In this document: positions 31,101 to 40,721 of the stretch, in pieces | How the letters are laid out: each line of letters opens with the position of its first letter | Numbering within the stretch: position 1 is the first letter of the stretch | NCBI GenBank assembly: GCA_033764015.1 | Contig: JANRJK010000036.1 | Span: 160,001-224,000 of the forward strand | DNA: 64,000 bases | Direction: 5' to 3' | From: Candidatus Sumerlaeia bacterium | GTDB taxonomy: Bacteria; Sumerlaeota; Sumerlaeia; SLMS01; JANRJK01 | The notes under the pieces: generated by a model | The model's input: only the letters and a program-made list of their open reading frames with translations | Databases searched by the model: none | Told to the model about the DNA's origin: nothing | Translations under genes and position numbers: made by a program

Positions 31101-32574
31101 TGCGGATCGTGACGTTCGACTCGTCCTCCGTGGAGGCGCGGCCATCGCCGGGGATCGGGGCGGAGGGATCGACGCCGCCGAAGAACTCGGTCGGGAAGGT
31201 CGGCACGAAGACATCGGAGTTGGTGTCGAAGTCGTAGCCGAACTCGAGCGGGTCGGCGAGGAAGTACCAGTCGCCGGGTTCGAGCGCGTGGATCGCGTAG
31301 TCGCCCTTGTTGATGACGCCTTCCGGGATGTTGAAGGAGTCCTGGTCGGTGCCGGAGAACTCGCGGACGCGGAGGTCGCGGCCCGTCAGGACCATCGCTT
31401 CCATCTGGATCGGGCCGACGTTCGGCTCTTCGAGGTTGCCAAAGCGGTCGACTTCCGCGGCGACCGTGTCGAGGTCGATGAAGCCGTCGGTGCGCTGGCG
31501 CCCGGCGTAGACGGCGCCGAGGTTGATGCCGGCCTCGGCGAAGAAGCCGAAGAACTGGTCGTATGCGCCGCCTTGGTAGAGGTTTCCGCGGACGCCGGGC
31601 TGCTCCTCGTAGTCGTCCGGGTAGGCCTGCGCGAGGGCGATCTCGTCGTCGAGCAGGAGCGTGCGGCGCTCGTAGGGGTTCGTGGCGAACTCGCCCAGCT
31701 CGTCGTCCAGGAGGATGAAGAAGTTCGAAAGCGAGGCGTTGAAGAGGTGAGACGGGGCGAGGCCCGCCATCTGGCCCGTGGCCTCCGTGAGGAGCGCCTC
31801 GAAGTCGCGCGTGCCGAGCGTGTCCTGCAGGTCGAGCCCGAGCTGGTCGAGGTCGGCGGCGTTCTCCGGGTAGAGATTGAAGTTGCTGGCCTGAGTGTTG
31901 AACGCCACGTCGGCGTCGACGATTTCGCCGGCCTTGTACTTCTTCAGCGGAAGCACCGCGTCGATGGAGGGCTCGATGCCGAGGCCGAGGCCGATGGAGC
32001 CAGAGCCGATTTCGGTGATGAAGAGCCCGTCGCCGGTGATGTCGGAGCCGTTCGCTGCGGGATCGAAGTCCTGCGTGAAGTAGAACAGGTACGTTTCGAA
32101 TCCGGTGCCGTCGGCGGGAACGACGTTCGGGTCGCGAAAGGTGATGAGGTTCACGCCGTCGGCGCGGACGTCCTCTGCGAAGGTTAGCTGGGGGTCGGGC
32201 TTCGGAGCGAATTCGGAGCTGATCGGCGTGCCGGAGAACTTGAAGCTGCTATGGGGCACGTCGTTCCAGCGCGAGAGGGCGCGGGCCGTCGCGCCGATGA
32301 TCTCCTGGTCGGAGACCGACTGCCCAGCGTCCTGCGTCAGGAACGGGTCGACGATCGTGTCGAAGGCCGGCTTGTAGAGGTACACGAGGAGCGGGTTCTT
32401 CGCCTCCCACTGGAGCGGGGTCGCGAGGAAGAAGTTGTCGGAGGGAGTGCCGGGATCGCCCTCGATCCGGACGGAAACGTGGATCGAATCGGCGGCGTGT
32501 GCGGCGCCGGCGATGCCCGCGCAGACCGCCAGAGCGGTTAGCAGGCGGCGCGTCGTGCGGAGTGTTCGCTTCAT
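25144..32574 (-). CDS. 2476-aa secreted adhesin-like protein: matrixin-like domain, TSP type-3 repeats, FG-GAP/VCBS repeats, IPT/TIG-like domain
   Basis: Signal peptide; ALSRWNDVP...DGVNLITF...IVDADVAFN matrixin-like region; DNCP repeats; many DxD/NxDGDxD motifs; C-terminal TLYGRNF...VFNPDG. Confidence 0.85.
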   Translation of the reverse strand: MKRTLRTTRRLLTALAVCAGIAGAAHAADSIHVSVRIEGDPGTPSDNFFLATPLQWEAKNPLLVYLYKPAFDTIVDPFLTQDAGQSVSDQEIIGATARALSRWNDVPHSSFKFSGTPISSEFAPKPDPQLTFAEDVRADGVNLITFRDPNVVPADGTGFETYLFYFTQDFDPAANGSDITGDGLFITEIGSGSIGLGLGIEPSIDAVLPLKKYKAGEIVDADVAFNTQASNFNLYPENAADLDQLGLDLQDTLGTRDFEALLTEATGQMAGLAPSHLFNASLSNFFILLDDELGEFATNPYERRTLLLDDEIALAQAYPDDYEEQPGVRGNLYQGGAYDQFFGFFAEAGINLGAVYAGRQRTDGFIDLDTVAAEVDRFGNLEEPNVGPIQMEAMVLTGRDLRVREFSGTDQDSFNIPEGVINKGDYAIHALEPGDWYFLADPLEFGYDFDTNSDVFVPTFPTEFFGGVDPSAPIPGDGRASTEDESNVTIRSEYVEMQIGFSIFTVTDPVTNETETFFNPDSRFTYSFSDGPALLENAAQNYTVFRFVDVDGRVTDVDSRGFQVGNFFDSLTINNETFDIYELVFAIPAPAGVVFATQRFEIIRLPALDIEVPRVIRQTWTFENQTAFPLSMGFAQMYDAAYTIDRPAINVGGTIVEECIGFGEEGEGAIPRAVSWANTIDAPTHQASLILNDERVPSLTVPSRVIVADADEARLQGIWDYVPGGRLFADSFSVIRDTSVIVQFKPRTADPGNSVAIEQLFTAEYLYDNVTGLQGDLARVENGYIRQTPTAIYSDDPQRAYAIPVEGEVISGVNIITNDNVRPSVIFNEDFDGDGVGNDADNCPYTPNTDQADVDGDGIGDICAGDRDADGVLDAFDNCPDTPNQDQADSDFDGLGDVCDDDRDGDGIDNNLDNCPDIFNPGQEDADGNGIGDACDTDRDGDGIPDDIDNCPFDSNPDQADLDGDGVGDICDGDRDGDGVGDGSDNCPDTPNADQGDFDGDGVGDACTPGVFILTDVSPATETRESAQQFPASDLFGFGSAAGDLNGDGYPDIVMAISGNPGGSGTGLMNRIFINEGESRPGYYEELTFGIDGIVGNFDDRLPLVQDITSTPVLFDLDNDGDLDIAFINRAVAQGGQIAGGSPMRILLNIDADDERINPDADTDSVGDGFFIEVTGVANPGVLNTALGVVDPTARAIQPVVGGSSEGNMIDTTGNAADVDGDGDMDLLVGSISNFAPLDLGDSVTVEDFEPGVPDFQGILPAGLITLNGFVSSTLVGSERLLINRRNELVDDSFQPLPPGTPDAFLYFATRYPSLASQVFNRNPIATDPYERAYNAFWFRDETLGLDGVFGGQGVDQDRVPPVTPDLAPPPVVVEAESEFEVSTTTAVVAAPISPYSWGLSGTGLTGQSGSYAPDFFVVNRRTGGTKQQITNRDGLKVLLANLDFSQADDDLLSFPNTTIGGAAGDGVPDGVYFMANYGVGPISTVFGGTENDFISAQGTPLLFGIPDGLVGDVQTPDARTFDLNEVPTSFEFALGAAAADLRGSGSVTIVTITDNEGLYIYERFREANGFPIVNDDLALISRQQTGTILGGFDQAFLTGGDGQTYDANDNFYTVLTQRRPAIANNNETTPEGRGRAIAMADLDRDGGPDFVFVSDAPEGASINGQSTAGGVISLIRSNNSQGSDDNLFLTSAINLSFSGRVNGSDVDLVDVDSDGDFDAFVTVSGGQPRLLTNNLYSPSIRPVFGRSSTDAQMFYDATPTTIARGFNGAVSQLGVPNASPAGSTSAAVELDIDRDGRLDILVAGGKELADRGDYAYILKNTGVPQISSDKRFVPAGTGWPAPRLRQSISGSLSLNSTPQLFSSAAAADFDNDGDPDVLLGVFGGPAQFHKNINARETTLSGATPIEINSLAPQQVFERRVRQATPGADGFPAALIDGGSLLGHGAFEEYSFLLPFLGGTSPQRFTNEVVVGDIDNDGDLDAYFANGITDFGAPDALYVNNLTPNQPETLLFTEEALTRLPLVNIGGVDQMQPDDTVDAAFVDVNGDGYLDIVVVNRTATGAPGASLVTTCELYLNDPMNAGHFTRANRTQFPELSGAFQRVVPGDFGRNGDLPEDLDGDGVVTETESLNFNTMVAAIRAEDFPSAQVRARQTSIRVTEVQADPASPLRTVVTQRNQRYLDLNNNSAFEGVWDLAFFGDEGLVAYMANDGTGRFQLSTGVLPTVTGDPAPTYFDARLGDVDRDGWLDIATAANDNEVAGNVVFFHNEQQQGVASFNAVSTTEVPPPVTTLFPNNTSGPHGNPRAVALFDMDGDGDLDIYVGQAGRSFGLDTIGGLDYVYLNRLVGTGNNTPQNANVAPSGPVVTVVTPVLDVYVANPGYAPQGVERIVTLYGRNFKTGAQATFGDGITLLSQPIVRSSTEMEVKIRIAASAQPGARTVRVFNPDGETANAPSGAFTVSLAGNSNPITSVQDWELME
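29554..30087 (-). repeat. Five tandem 36-aa thrombospondin type-3 (Ca-binding) repeat units
   Basis: D-x-DxDG...DNCP...N..Q.D.D..G.GD.C repeated five times with a 108-bp period. Confidence 0.92.
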
Positions 32575-33515
32575 CAGTTGTTCTCCCCGTCCGTCTTCTT
32601 GATCGGCTCCGCCGGCTTGCCGGGGAGGATATCGAGGCCTTCAAGCTTGGTGCGGCCCTGCATCGCGTCGGCGGCGGGGGGCGCGGCGGCGGCGCGCTTG
32701 GCTTCCGCCTCCGCCTGCGCCGCGCGGATCTTGCCGCGGTACTCGGCGCGCTCTTCCTCGGTCATGTAGGCGATGGCCGGAAGCGGGTCGAAGTAGCGGG
32801 CCAGCTTCGCCTCCGCGCTGCGCGCGGGCACATGGAACTCGCCGCGGATGCCCGCGATGGCGGTGGGCTTCGCGCGGGAGGCGCGCAGCGATTCCGACTC
32901 CGCCACGAGGCGGCGGATCTCGTCGCGGAACTCCGCGTAGGGAACCGGCGCCTTGTCGAGGTCGCGGCGCGATCCGGCCATGGCGCGGGCCACGGTGGCG
33001 GTCGACTCGAGCGCGGAGAAGCTGCCGCGCGCGGTCCCGGCCGCCTCGACCGAGTCGTATCCGAGGAGGAACTTGCCCTGGAAGCCGCCGACGAGTTGCG
33101 GAGAGGTGACCGTCGCGGACTCCGTGTTGTACTTCGCCTGCTCCTCCGCCGGAAGGCGGCGCAGCGGGTAGCTGAGGAAGAGCACCGCCTCGTCGCCCTC
33201 GCGAATGTTCAGCGAGTTGTTCGCGAGGAGCCCGAGCACCTTCACCTCGCCGCCGACGTAGTGGACCTCGGCTTTGCCGGAAAGCTCGCCCTTGAAGGAT
33301 TCGAGGATCGAGAGGTCGGCGCGCGTGTAGATGCGTCCGTCCTGGGCGTAGGGCTCGGAGGACTCGACGCGGACCGTGTGGATCTCATCGGCGACGGCGG
33401 CGAGTTGCTCGAGCGTCATCGGCACCACGGAGGCACCGGCGGACGCCACGGCTAGGAGCGAGGCGGCGAGGGCCGCCAGCGCGCGGGGCTTGGAGTTACT
33501 CTTCGTTGAAAACAA
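32574..33515 (-). CDS. Secreted hypothetical protein resembling the N-terminal/prodomain modules that accompany matrixin-like proteins
   Basis: GGAG RBS then TTG start at 33515; signal peptide; [11 protein letters not shown]...IYT...KG...GG...EGDEAVLFL pattern; stop overlaps next ATG. Confidence 0.65.
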   Translation of the reverse strand: MFSTKSNSKPRALAALAASLLAVASAGASVVPMTLEQLAAVADEIHTVRVESSEPYAQDGRIYTRADLSILESFKGELSGKAEVHYVGGEVKVLGLLANNSLNIREGDEAVLFLSYPLRRLPAEEQAKYNTESATVTSPQLVGGFQGKFLLGYDSVEAAGTARGSFSALESTATVARAMAGSRRDLDKAPVPYAEFRDEIRRLVAESESLRASRAKPTAIAGIRGEFHVPARSAEAKLARYFDPLPAIAYMTEEERAEYRGKIRAAQAEAEAKRAAAAPPAADAMQGRTKLEGLDILPGKPAEPIKKTDGENN

Positions 33516-34245
33516 CGTCGGGCTCCATTTGCTTCTGGAATCGGTAGATGTTCCCGGCACTGGTGGTGCCGTTCGACGGATCGTATGCGACGGACCAACC
33601 GCGGTCGGAGGAGCCGAGCGGGCTGGTGGGGTAGTTGCCCCATCGGCCGGGGGCGCCGAAGCGCTGGTCCGGTCCGAGCGAAAAGAGCGTGTAGCCTTCC
33701 ATTTTAACGGGAACGCCGGCGCGGAGCCTATTGATGCGCAGCGCGTGGATCGACGAGCGCGGATCGGTGGTTCGCTCCGGAGAGTAAAGCGGCGCCCAGT
33801 AGTCCACGACGTTGTCCTCGGGGCCGAAATTCGTGCCGGGGGTCGCGGGCGTGCTTGGCAGTGGCAGCTTCTTGAACACGTCTACGGGGATCGACGACAG
33901 GTAGGAAACCGGAGTGGTGAGCAGCCGGACGTCCTCGCCTAGCCAGTAAACGTCGCCGATTTCCGGCACGCTGCCGCCGCCGGCGAAGGTGCGGCGCGGC
34001 GGGTAGCCCTGGGCGTCGACGGCGTAAGCCTCCACCCCGGTGGCCATGGTGCGCATGTCCGCGAGCATCCGGGAGACCTTCGAGCGGGTCTGCGCTTCGA
34101 GGAAGTTCGGGACGGCGATGGCGGAGAGGATCGCGATGATGCTCACGACCACGAGAAGCTCGATGAGCGAAAACCCGAAGCCACGGCGCCGCCGTGCCAC
34201 TGAGCCGACGAGTCGGCTTCGAAGCCTCTGGTAACTCCGTCCCAC
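33496..34245 (-). CDS. Type IV pilin / type II secretion pseudopilin-like protein
   Basis: GFSLIELLVVVSIIAILSAIAVPNF class III signal (G|F, E5); C-terminal SLGPD...YDPSNGTTSAGNI; GAAGGAG RBS 6 nt before GTG. Confidence 0.88.
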   Translation of the reverse strand: MGRSYQRLRSRLVGSVARRRRGFGFSLIELLVVVSIIAILSAIAVPNFLEAQTRSKVSRMLADMRTMATGVEAYAVDAQGYPPRRTFAGGGSVPEIGDVYWLGEDVRLLTTPVSYLSSIPVDVFKKLPLPSTPATPGTNFGPEDNVVDYWAPLYSPERTTDPRSSIHALRINRLRAGVPVKMEGYTLFSLGPDQRFGAPGRWGNYPTSPLGSSDRGWSVAYDPSNGTTSAGNIYRFQKQMEPDVVFNEE

Positions 34246-34509
34246 GGGGTTCTCCTTCAGAGTTATGCGCTCACGGTATGAGCGGTTCCAAGCGCCGAAC
34301 CGGTCAAGGACAAAGCCCCCCGCCGGCGAAGGGGCGGGCAACGCGGCCCGGGGAGCGGGTGGCGGCGCGGACAACTTCCGCGAGGGAGGCAAGAAATGGG
34401 TGGACGGGGGGGACCCGCGCCATTAGCTTGCGGAATTGTTCAGGGTTTGAGGCTATTCCGCCCGTGCCGCGGTTGGGGGACCGCAAGCGGGCGCTGGATT
34501 ACGACACCT

Positions 34510-35691
34510 ATGGGGTTCAAGGACTTCCTCAAGAAGCTCGGCGAAGCAGGCCAGGAGCTGACGCGCGACGCGAAAAAGGACGCCCCCCCAGCGGATCCGA
34601 TGTCGTCCCGCGCCGGCCTTCCTCCGCCACCGCCCGCGCGGCCCGATCCGCAAGGCGTGCCCCCGTCCGGTGCGAACCGCGCCGTTCCTCCATCGCAGCT
34701 CCCTCCGTCGGCGCTGCCCCCCATGGCGGGCGCTCGGGGGGGTGACGGCATTCCGGGCCTCAAGGAGCGCCGCTCGGGCGACGCCCCCGATCCGCTGAAC
34801 GTGAACTCCGTGGACGACAGCGTGTACTCGATGCGCGCCAGCCTCGTTTCGGAGGTCGAGGAACGGTACGGCCGGTTCGGCCCGCGCGTTTCGTCGTACA
34901 TGCTGACGCACCTGATGATGCCGAACGGGCTGGCGATGCTGCTCCAGAAGCTGGGGCTCAAGTCGAAGGGCTACGAGGCCGGGGACCGGGAACAGGTCGA
35001 GCACTGGATCCAGCGCAGCGGCGCCGACGCCTTCTGCGTTGCGGTCGGAATCAGCGGAAAGGCGTCCGGAGCGCCGAGGCCGGCGGCGGAGGACTCGTCG
35101 CAAGATCCCCGCGTCCGCGTGCGCCCGACCGCGGACCCCGGCTCGCGTTCGAGCTCTTCGATCCCGCGGCCCGGCGTCTATTCCGCCGACGCGCCGACCT
35201 CCTCCGCTTCGCTGCCGCGTCCGGTCCCGCCCCCCCCGCCCGCGGACCGGGGCTCGGGCCCGAAGCAGATGGAGCGCGTGCCGTCCAGCTCTTCGCAGGG
35301 CGTTCCCCGGGACGCGCCCTCCGGCCCCGTGCGGAGCGGCACGCCGCTCCCGGCACGGCCCCAGCACCCGGCCGTGACGCCTCCATCGAGCCATCACGGC
35401 AAGGCGGCGGGGAAGCTCCCGATGTCGGACGTCGGGCGCTTCGGTGCGGACGCGCTGAAGCCCGTGGCACTTCCCGCCGCGGCCCCCCCGCCGGCCGCGG
35501 AGGAGTCTCCCGCGCCGGAGCCAGCCGCGCCGCCGCCCGCTGCGCCACCGCCGGTCCGCAACCAGATGCCCGCGTCTCTTGAAACCACGCCCCTTCCTAT
35601 CCCGGACCCCGTCCCGGAGCCTCCCTCCCAAGCGGGCGACCTCCTGAATCAATGGCTCGAGGAGAGCTCGCGACGCCTGCGCGGAGGTTGA
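34510..35691 (+). CDS. Pro/Ser-rich hypothetical protein with a small central globular region
   Basis: Long ORF starting MGFKDFLKKLG; mostly low complexity; ordered-looking segment around 34800-35050. Confidence 0.6.
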   Translation: MGFKDFLKKLGEAGQELTRDAKKDAPPADPMSSRAGLPPPPPARPDPQGVPPSGANRAVPPSQLPPSALPPMAGARGGDGIPGLKERRSGDAPDPLNVNSVDDSVYSMRASLVSEVEERYGRFGPRVSSYMLTHLMMPNGLAMLLQKLGLKSKGYEAGDREQVEHWIQRSGADAFCVAVGISGKASGAPRPAAEDSSQDPRVRVRPTADPGSRSSSSIPRPGVYSADAPTSSASLPRPVPPPPPADRGSGPKQMERVPSSSSQGVPRDAPSGPVRSGTPLPARPQHPAVTPPSSHHGKAAGKLPMSDVGRFGADALKPVALPAAAPPPAAEESPAPEPAAPPPAAPPPVRNQMPASLETTPLPIPDPVPEPPSQAGDLLNQWLEESSRRLRGG

Positions 35692-35763
35692 TCGGGGCGG
35701 ATAGCGGCGCAGGGCCCCACGCACGTTGCCGGCCGGTTTCGTCCGGGTGGGCGCGGGATCGTA

Positions 35764-35793
35764 TTGACAGCGCCGGAGAGCCGCGCGAAAAAT
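35764..35793 (+). promoter_or_regulatory. Possible sigma70 promoter for the isc operon
   Basis: Perfect TTGACA, then 18 nt, then AAAAAT (weak -10), about 170 nt before iscS. Confidence 0.3.
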
Positions 35794-35961
35794 AACGCGC
35801 CACGGGGAGAGGTGTCCACGAGGCGCCCGCGCGGCGGGCCCGGATGTTGCCTCTCCCCCGGCTAAGCGCCATCGGGCCAAGGGGCCGCCTCCCCGGCTGG
35901 CGAAACCCGCGGGCCGACCCAGCCGCGACCATCCCGATCCATTCCCGGAGCGACATCCCCC

Positions 35962-37194
35962 ATGGGCAACGCAGCAACGCAAGAGCGCCGCGTCTATCTT
36001 GACAACCACTCGACCACGCCGATGGACCCCCGCGTCCTCGAGGCGATGGCGCCCTACTTCACCGAGCACTACGGCAACGCCGCCTCGCGCAACCACATGT
36101 TCGGTTGGGAAGCGGAGGAAGCGGTCGAAAACGCACGCGCCTCCATCGCCAAGGCGATTGGCGCCGACCCCAAGGAGATCGTCTTCACCTCCGGCGCGAC
36201 CGAGTCGAACAACCTGGCGATCAAGGGCATCGCCGAGATGTACGCCGAGAAGGGGAACCACATCATCACCGCGGTCACCGAGCACAAGGCGGTGCTCGAC
36301 GCCTGCAAGCGCCTCGAGAAGCAGGGCTGCACGGTGACCTACCTCCCGGTGCTCCCCTCCGGCCTGGTCGATCTGGACCAGCTCCGGGCCGCGATCACGG
36401 AGAAGACGATCCTTGTGACGATCATGACGGCGAACAACGAGATCGGCGTCGTCCAGCCGATCAAGGAGATCGCCGCGATCTGCGCGGAGCGCGGCATCCT
36501 CCTGCACACCGACGCGGTGCAGGCCATCGGCAAGATCCCCTTCGACGTGAACGAGCTCGGCGTGCACCTGGCCAGCTTCACCGCGCACAAGATGTACGGG
36601 CCCAAGGGTGTCGGCGCGCTCTACGTCCGGCGCCGCAAACCGCGCGTGCGCGTCGCGCCGATCCTGGACGGCGGCGGCCACGAGCGCGGCATGCGCTCCG
36701 GCACGCTCAACGTCCCGGGCATCGTGGGCTTCGCGAAGGCGCTCGAAATCTGCATCGCCGAGATGCCCGAGGAGTCGAAGCGCCTGGCGGGGATGCGCGA
36801 CCACCTGCGGAAGCGCCTCCTCGGCGAAATCACGCACACCTACGAGAACGGCACGCCGGAAAGCAAGCTGCCCCATTCGCTCAACGTCAGCTTCGAGTTC
36901 GTCGAGGGCGAGTCGCTCCTGATGGGCATCAGCGATGTGGCGGTGTCCTCGGGGAGCGCCTGCACCAGCGCGAGCCTCGAGCCCTCCTACGTCCTGAAGA
37001 GCCTCGGCCTCGGCGACGAGTTGGCGCACAGCTCGATCCGCTTCGGCCTCGGGCGCTTCACGAAGCTCGAGGAGGTGGACTACGTGGCCGACAAGCTGGT
37101 CGCGGTGGTCGGCAAGCTCCGCGAGATGTCTCCGCTGTACGAGATGCACAACGAGGGCATCGACCTGAAGACGGTGCAGTGGGCGCACCACTGA
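35962..37194 (+). CDS. iscS: Cysteine desulfurase
   Basis: [26 protein letters not shown] (PLP Lys), SSGSACTS (catalytic Cys). Confidence 0.97.
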   Translation: MGNAATQERRVYLDNHSTTPMDPRVLEAMAPYFTEHYGNAASRNHMFGWEAEEAVENARASIAKAIGADPKEIVFTSGATESNNLAIKGIAEMYAEKGNHIITAVTEHKAVLDACKRLEKQGCTVTYLPVLPSGLVDLDQLRAAITEKTILVTIMTANNEIGVVQPIKEIAAICAERGILLHTDAVQAIGKIPFDVNELGVHLASFTAHKMYGPKGVGALYVRRRKPRVRVAPILDGGGHERGMRSGTLNVPGIVGFAKALEICIAEMPEESKRLAGMRDHLRKRLLGEITHTYENGTPESKLPHSLNVSFEFVEGESLLMGISDVAVSSGSACTSASLEPSYVLKSLGLGDELAHSSIRFGLGRFTKLEEVDYVADKLVAVVGKLREMSPLYEMHNEGIDLKTVQWAHH

Positions 37195-37296
37195 GCGCCG
37201 CCGGCGCTTGATTCCCGGAGCGGTTCCGGGCAAGCTGCCGAGGACACGATCCGGGAACTCGAAACCACCGACCCACCCCCATAGGAGACCGGCACC

Positions 37297-37710
37297 ATGG
37301 CCTACGGCCCCAAGATCATCGACCACTACACGAACCCCCGCAACGTTGGCTCGTTCGACAAGAACGACCAGGCGGTGGGCACGGGCATCGTCGGCGCCCC
37401 CGAGTGCGGCGACGTGATGAAGCTCCAGATCAAGGTGAACGCCGACGGCGTGATCGAGGACGCGAAGTTCAAAACCTTCGGCTGCGGCTCGGCCATCGCC
37501 TCCTCGTCGCTCGCGACGGAGTGGCTGAAGGGCCGCACGCTGGACCAGGCGATGGAGCTGAAAAACACGCAGATCGTCGAGGAGCTGTCGCTGCCGCCGA
37601 TCAAGATCCACTGCTCGGTGCTCGCGGAGGACGCCATCAAGGCGGCCATCGTGGACTTCAAGACCAAGAACGGCCTGGCGGAGGAAGTCGCCGCCGCCGC
37701 GCACCACTAA
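37297..37710 (+). CDS. iscU: Fe-S cluster scaffold
   Basis: DHYTNPRNVG, GAPECGD, FGCGSAIASSS, LPPIKIHC. Confidence 0.97.
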   Translation: MAYGPKIIDHYTNPRNVGSFDKNDQAVGTGIVGAPECGDVMKLQIKVNADGVIEDAKFKTFGCGSAIASSSLATEWLKGRTLDQAMELKNTQIVEELSLPPIKIHCSVLAEDAIKAAIVDFKTKNGLAEEVAAAAHH

Positions 37711-37820
37711 GCAAGGCAACGCGCCGCGCCGCGCCGGGCGAACCGGCGCGGCGCGCGTCGCCACCCTCGGCACGCACCGCCGGCGCCAGCCGTTTCCAAC
37801 GCCGCACGCGAGGCATCCAC

Positions 37821-38144
37821 ATGATCAACCTGACAGAACCCTGCATTTCCGAAGTGAAGCGCCTGCTCGACCAGGAGAAGAAGTCCGACTGGGGCCTCCG
37901 CGTCGGCGTCGCCGGCGGCGGCTGCTCCGGCCTCTCCTACACCCTCGCCTTCGACGAGCAGCCCGGACCGAAGGACAACGTCTTCGATTTCGAGGGCCTC
38001 AAGGTGTACTGCGACCCGAAGAGCTACCTCTTCCTCAACGGGATGACGCTCGACTTTTCGACCGAGCTGCTCACGGGCGGCTTCCGCTTCGTGAACCCCA
38101 ACGCCAAGAAGTCCTGCTCCTGCGGGACCTCCTTCTCGGCGTAG
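37821..38144 (+). CDS. iscA: A-type Fe-S carrier (HesB/IscA family)
   Basis: GGGCSGLSY and NPNAKKSCSCGTSF. Confidence 0.93.
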   Translation: MINLTEPCISEVKRLLDQEKKSDWGLRVGVAGGGCSGLSYTLAFDEQPGPKDNVFDFEGLKVYCDPKSYLFLNGMTLDFSTELLTGGFRFVNPNAKKSCSCGTSFSA

Positions 38145-38194
38145 TGCGAGGCTTCCGCGCCGGGGCGCAAACGAGCGCTCCGGCGCCCCTCCCA

Positions 38195-38845
38195 ATGCCC
38201 GCCCTGACCCCGGCCCAGCCCGACCTCGAGACGCTCCACGCGCTCCACTTCGAGGATCCGGATGGCACGCGCTTCCGCGCTCTGCCGGCGGACACGTCGC
38301 ACTTCGAGTTCCTCGGCCTCCCGCGGCGCCTCGGGATCGACACCGCGGCGACGCAAACGGTGTTCTACGCGCTTTCGCGCAAGTTCCATCCGGACTATCA
38401 CGGCGGCGCCGATGAGGACGTGCGGCGCGTGGCGCTCGAGCGCACCGCCGCGCTGAACGCCGCGTGGCGCGCGCTTCGCGACCCGCAGCCGCGCGCCGAG
38501 TACCTGCTGTCCGTCGCGGCCCCCGACATCAAGCCCGGAAAGAACGCCGTCCCGCCCGAGCTGCTCGAAGACCTGTTCGACATCCAGGAGGCGGGCGAGG
38601 AGCTGCGCGCGGCGCGGCTCGCCGGCGACGGCGCCGCGCTGGATGCCGCGGAGTCGCGCGTGGCCCCGCTGCGGGAACGCGCCGCCGCCACGCGCGCCGC
38701 GCACCAGCGGGAACTTGAGAGCCTCTTCGAGGAGTACGACGCCTCGGCGCTTTCCGGTTCGGATACGCGCGGCGTCCTCGCGCGCATCCGCACGACGATC
38801 GACCAGCTTAACTACCTGCGGACGGTGCTGCGGAACCTGCGGTGA
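38195..38845 (+). CDS. hscB: Fe-S assembly co-chaperone (J-domain)
   Basis: HFEFLGL...KFHPD J-domain; LNAAWRALRDP..RAEYLL; position after iscA. Confidence 0.88.
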   Translation: MPALTPAQPDLETLHALHFEDPDGTRFRALPADTSHFEFLGLPRRLGIDTAATQTVFYALSRKFHPDYHGGADEDVRRVALERTAALNAAWRALRDPQPRAEYLLSVAAPDIKPGKNAVPPELLEDLFDIQEAGEELRAARLAGDGAALDAAESRVAPLRERAAATRAAHQRELESLFEEYDASALSGSDTRGVLARIRTTIDQLNYLRTVLRNLR

Positions 38846-38868
38846 GGATTGTGGCCGCCGGATAGGAG

Positions 38869-38901
38869 TTGGGCGCCGGGCTGGATTTGCCCGGCGCCCA
38901 A
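38869..38901. terminator. Hairpin between convergent hscB and hypothetical gene
   Basis: 13-bp perfect stem TTGGGCGCCGGGC / GCCCGGCGCCCAA followed by GTTGTT. Confidence 0.65.
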
Positions 38902-38935
38902 GTTGTTCCACGCATGGCGCGCAGTCTTCCGCGGA

Positions 38936-40030
38936 CTACTCGGCGGCGGGGGCTTCGGACTCGCCTACTTTTTCGAGGTGCTGGAGGGCCTGATCGAAGT
39001 ACACGTGCTCGGCGCGTTCGAGCGCGACCTCGCGCCCGCGGGTCAGGATGTCGTCGCGGGTGGGCTTGGGACCGGTGAAGCGGACGGATTCGAGGGTGAC
39101 CTCGATGCGGTGATTGTCGCCAGCTTCCTCCGGTTGCCATTGCTCGACATGCAGAGCGTGGCTCGGGAAGAGAACCGGTCCATGCGGGTGGGCGACGGGT
39201 GCGTACTGGAGATCAAGTGATACTATGTGCGAACGGCCGTCGTTGAAGTAAGTGTTGTAACTCGCCTTCGTGAGTACGTCCTGCTCATCGATCCGAGTCC
39301 AAGTCCATTCATGTACCTGCGAACCGACGACTGGGTGTTCCATCCGGTTTCGAACCACCGTTTGGTCACCAGATACTTCCACTTCGCTGTACCAGGGAAT
39401 GTTTTCGTCCCCCCCGGGGCCCTTGAATGTTCGTAGTGTCAACTCGCGCTTGAAGTCAGCTTGTTCCTCCGCCCGGCCGTTAAAGATAGCTGAAGCGAAC
39501 TGGGTAGGAGGTATCAACCTTACGAGCGTAAAGGTGCCCCTTACCCCTCTTGCTTGTTCAGCACGCAGGAGGTTTCCCATTGTGTCTTGTGGACCGTAGT
39601 GGGTGGTGATGAAGGGATCTACCCAGTAAATCACACGTGGATCAAGATCAATATCTTCCTCCTCGCCAAGGTTTCGGAACATTGACAAGAGAGGAGAAGT
39701 GGTTCCTTCCGACCCGTTCAGCTTGGCCGACAAGAGTCTAATCGTGGTGATTAAGTCCAAGTCGTTCGTGAGTTTTTCAACGACCGCCTCTTGGCTTTCG
39801 TCCTTTGGAACGGACTCCATCAGCCCAGAAGTGCTCCGGGTGATCGCTGCCGACCAGCGGAAGCGGACCTCTGCGGCGTCGCGCTCCAGTGACTCGAATG
39901 TGGCAAGATCGGAGAAGGTCTTCTCCAGTAGTTGCTCGGGGGTGGCGCTAGAAACAGGGGTCCCGGTGCACAACACGATGGTGACTGCCAGTAGCTTGCT
40001 GAGGTAGGTTCGAGTAGATAGTCTCATCAC
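38936..40030 (-). CDS. Hypothetical secreted protein, mostly low GC
   Basis: Signal-peptide-like N-terminus; GGAGGT RBS; start overlaps upstream stop. Confidence 0.7.
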   Translation of the reverse strand: MMRLSTRTYLSKLLAVTIVLCTGTPVSSATPEQLLEKTFSDLATFESLERDAAEVRFRWSAAITRSTSGLMESVPKDESQEAVVEKLTNDLDLITTIRLLSAKLNGSEGTTSPLLSMFRNLGEEEDIDLDPRVIYWVDPFITTHYGPQDTMGNLLRAEQARGVRGTFTLVRLIPPTQFASAIFNGRAEEQADFKRELTLRTFKGPGGDENIPWYSEVEVSGDQTVVRNRMEHPVVGSQVHEWTWTRIDEQDVLTKASYNTYFNDGRSHIVSLDLQYAPVAHPHGPVLFPSHALHVEQWQPEEAGDNHRIEVTLESVRFTGPKPTRDDILTRGREVALERAEHVYFDQALQHLEKVGESEAPAAE

Positions 40031-40572
40031 CGCTCACCTCCGAGAAAGTCCACAACAAGGATGGGGGCCTGACAGGGGAGTTGCTTTGTTGGAACACTAC
40101 ACCGACATACGCCTTTGTATTGATTTCCGGCCAGTTGTGCGCCGGTTGTCGGGTCGAAGGGAGCCTGCTGTGATCTTCCCGTAAACTCCAAACTCACCGC
40201 GCCATTCATCGGCACGAGGACCCCATTGGCACATGTGTGATTAAAGTACACCTTCCCGTAAGTGCAAGTCACATTCACTGCACAGGCCACACTCCACTGC
40301 ACTTTGTACCCTGGATTCCAACCTGTTGGATTTGGGATACAGTCGTTTAGCTTGATGCCAGTGGATTGGAGGTGATGAACGGGTTGTGACTGGTACTCAC
40401 CGGTGGCGTCGATGCACTGCACACAGACAACTGTCGTGGCCGGGAAGCACGTCTGCTGCTCAATCGGGAGTAAGTAATCCGCGGCACAACACCGAGGCAG
40501 CGGGTTAGTCGGCGACACCACGCCGGGCAGGAGCGCGGCGAGGGCGGCGAGGAGGGCGATTGGTCGGGTCAT
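40027..40572 (-). CDS. Small secreted cysteine-rich protein (12 Cys)
   Basis: AGGAGG RBS; signal peptide MTRPIALLAALAALLPG; 181 aa. Confidence 0.72.
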   Translation of the reverse strand: MTRPIALLAALAALLPGVVSPTNPLPRCCAADYLLPIEQQTCFPATTVVCVQCIDATGEYQSQPVHHLQSTGIKLNDCIPNPTGWNPGYKVQWSVACAVNVTCTYGKVYFNHTCANGVLVPMNGAVSLEFTGRSQQAPFDPTTGAQLAGNQYKGVCRCSVPTKQLPCQAPILVVDFLGGER

Positions 40573-40597
40573 GCCCTGACCTCCTATTGAAGTGAGC

Positions 40598-40627
40598 GAA
40601 TTACCCCCCCCCCCACGCAATCGTCAA
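40598..40627 (-). promoter_or_regulatory. Candidate promoter with G11 homopolymer in the -35/-10 spacer
   Basis: Minus strand reads TTGACG-attgcgt-G11-TAATTC, then AGGAGG and ATG; the -10 is imperfect. Confidence 0.5.
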
Positions 40628-40721
40628 GTGGATTTCGATGCAGCCACAACTATATGGAGGCGGTGTGTAGGGCGGGGGCGGGGCGGTTGCCGCCGCCCCC
40701 GCGGGGTTGGATCGACGCCGG

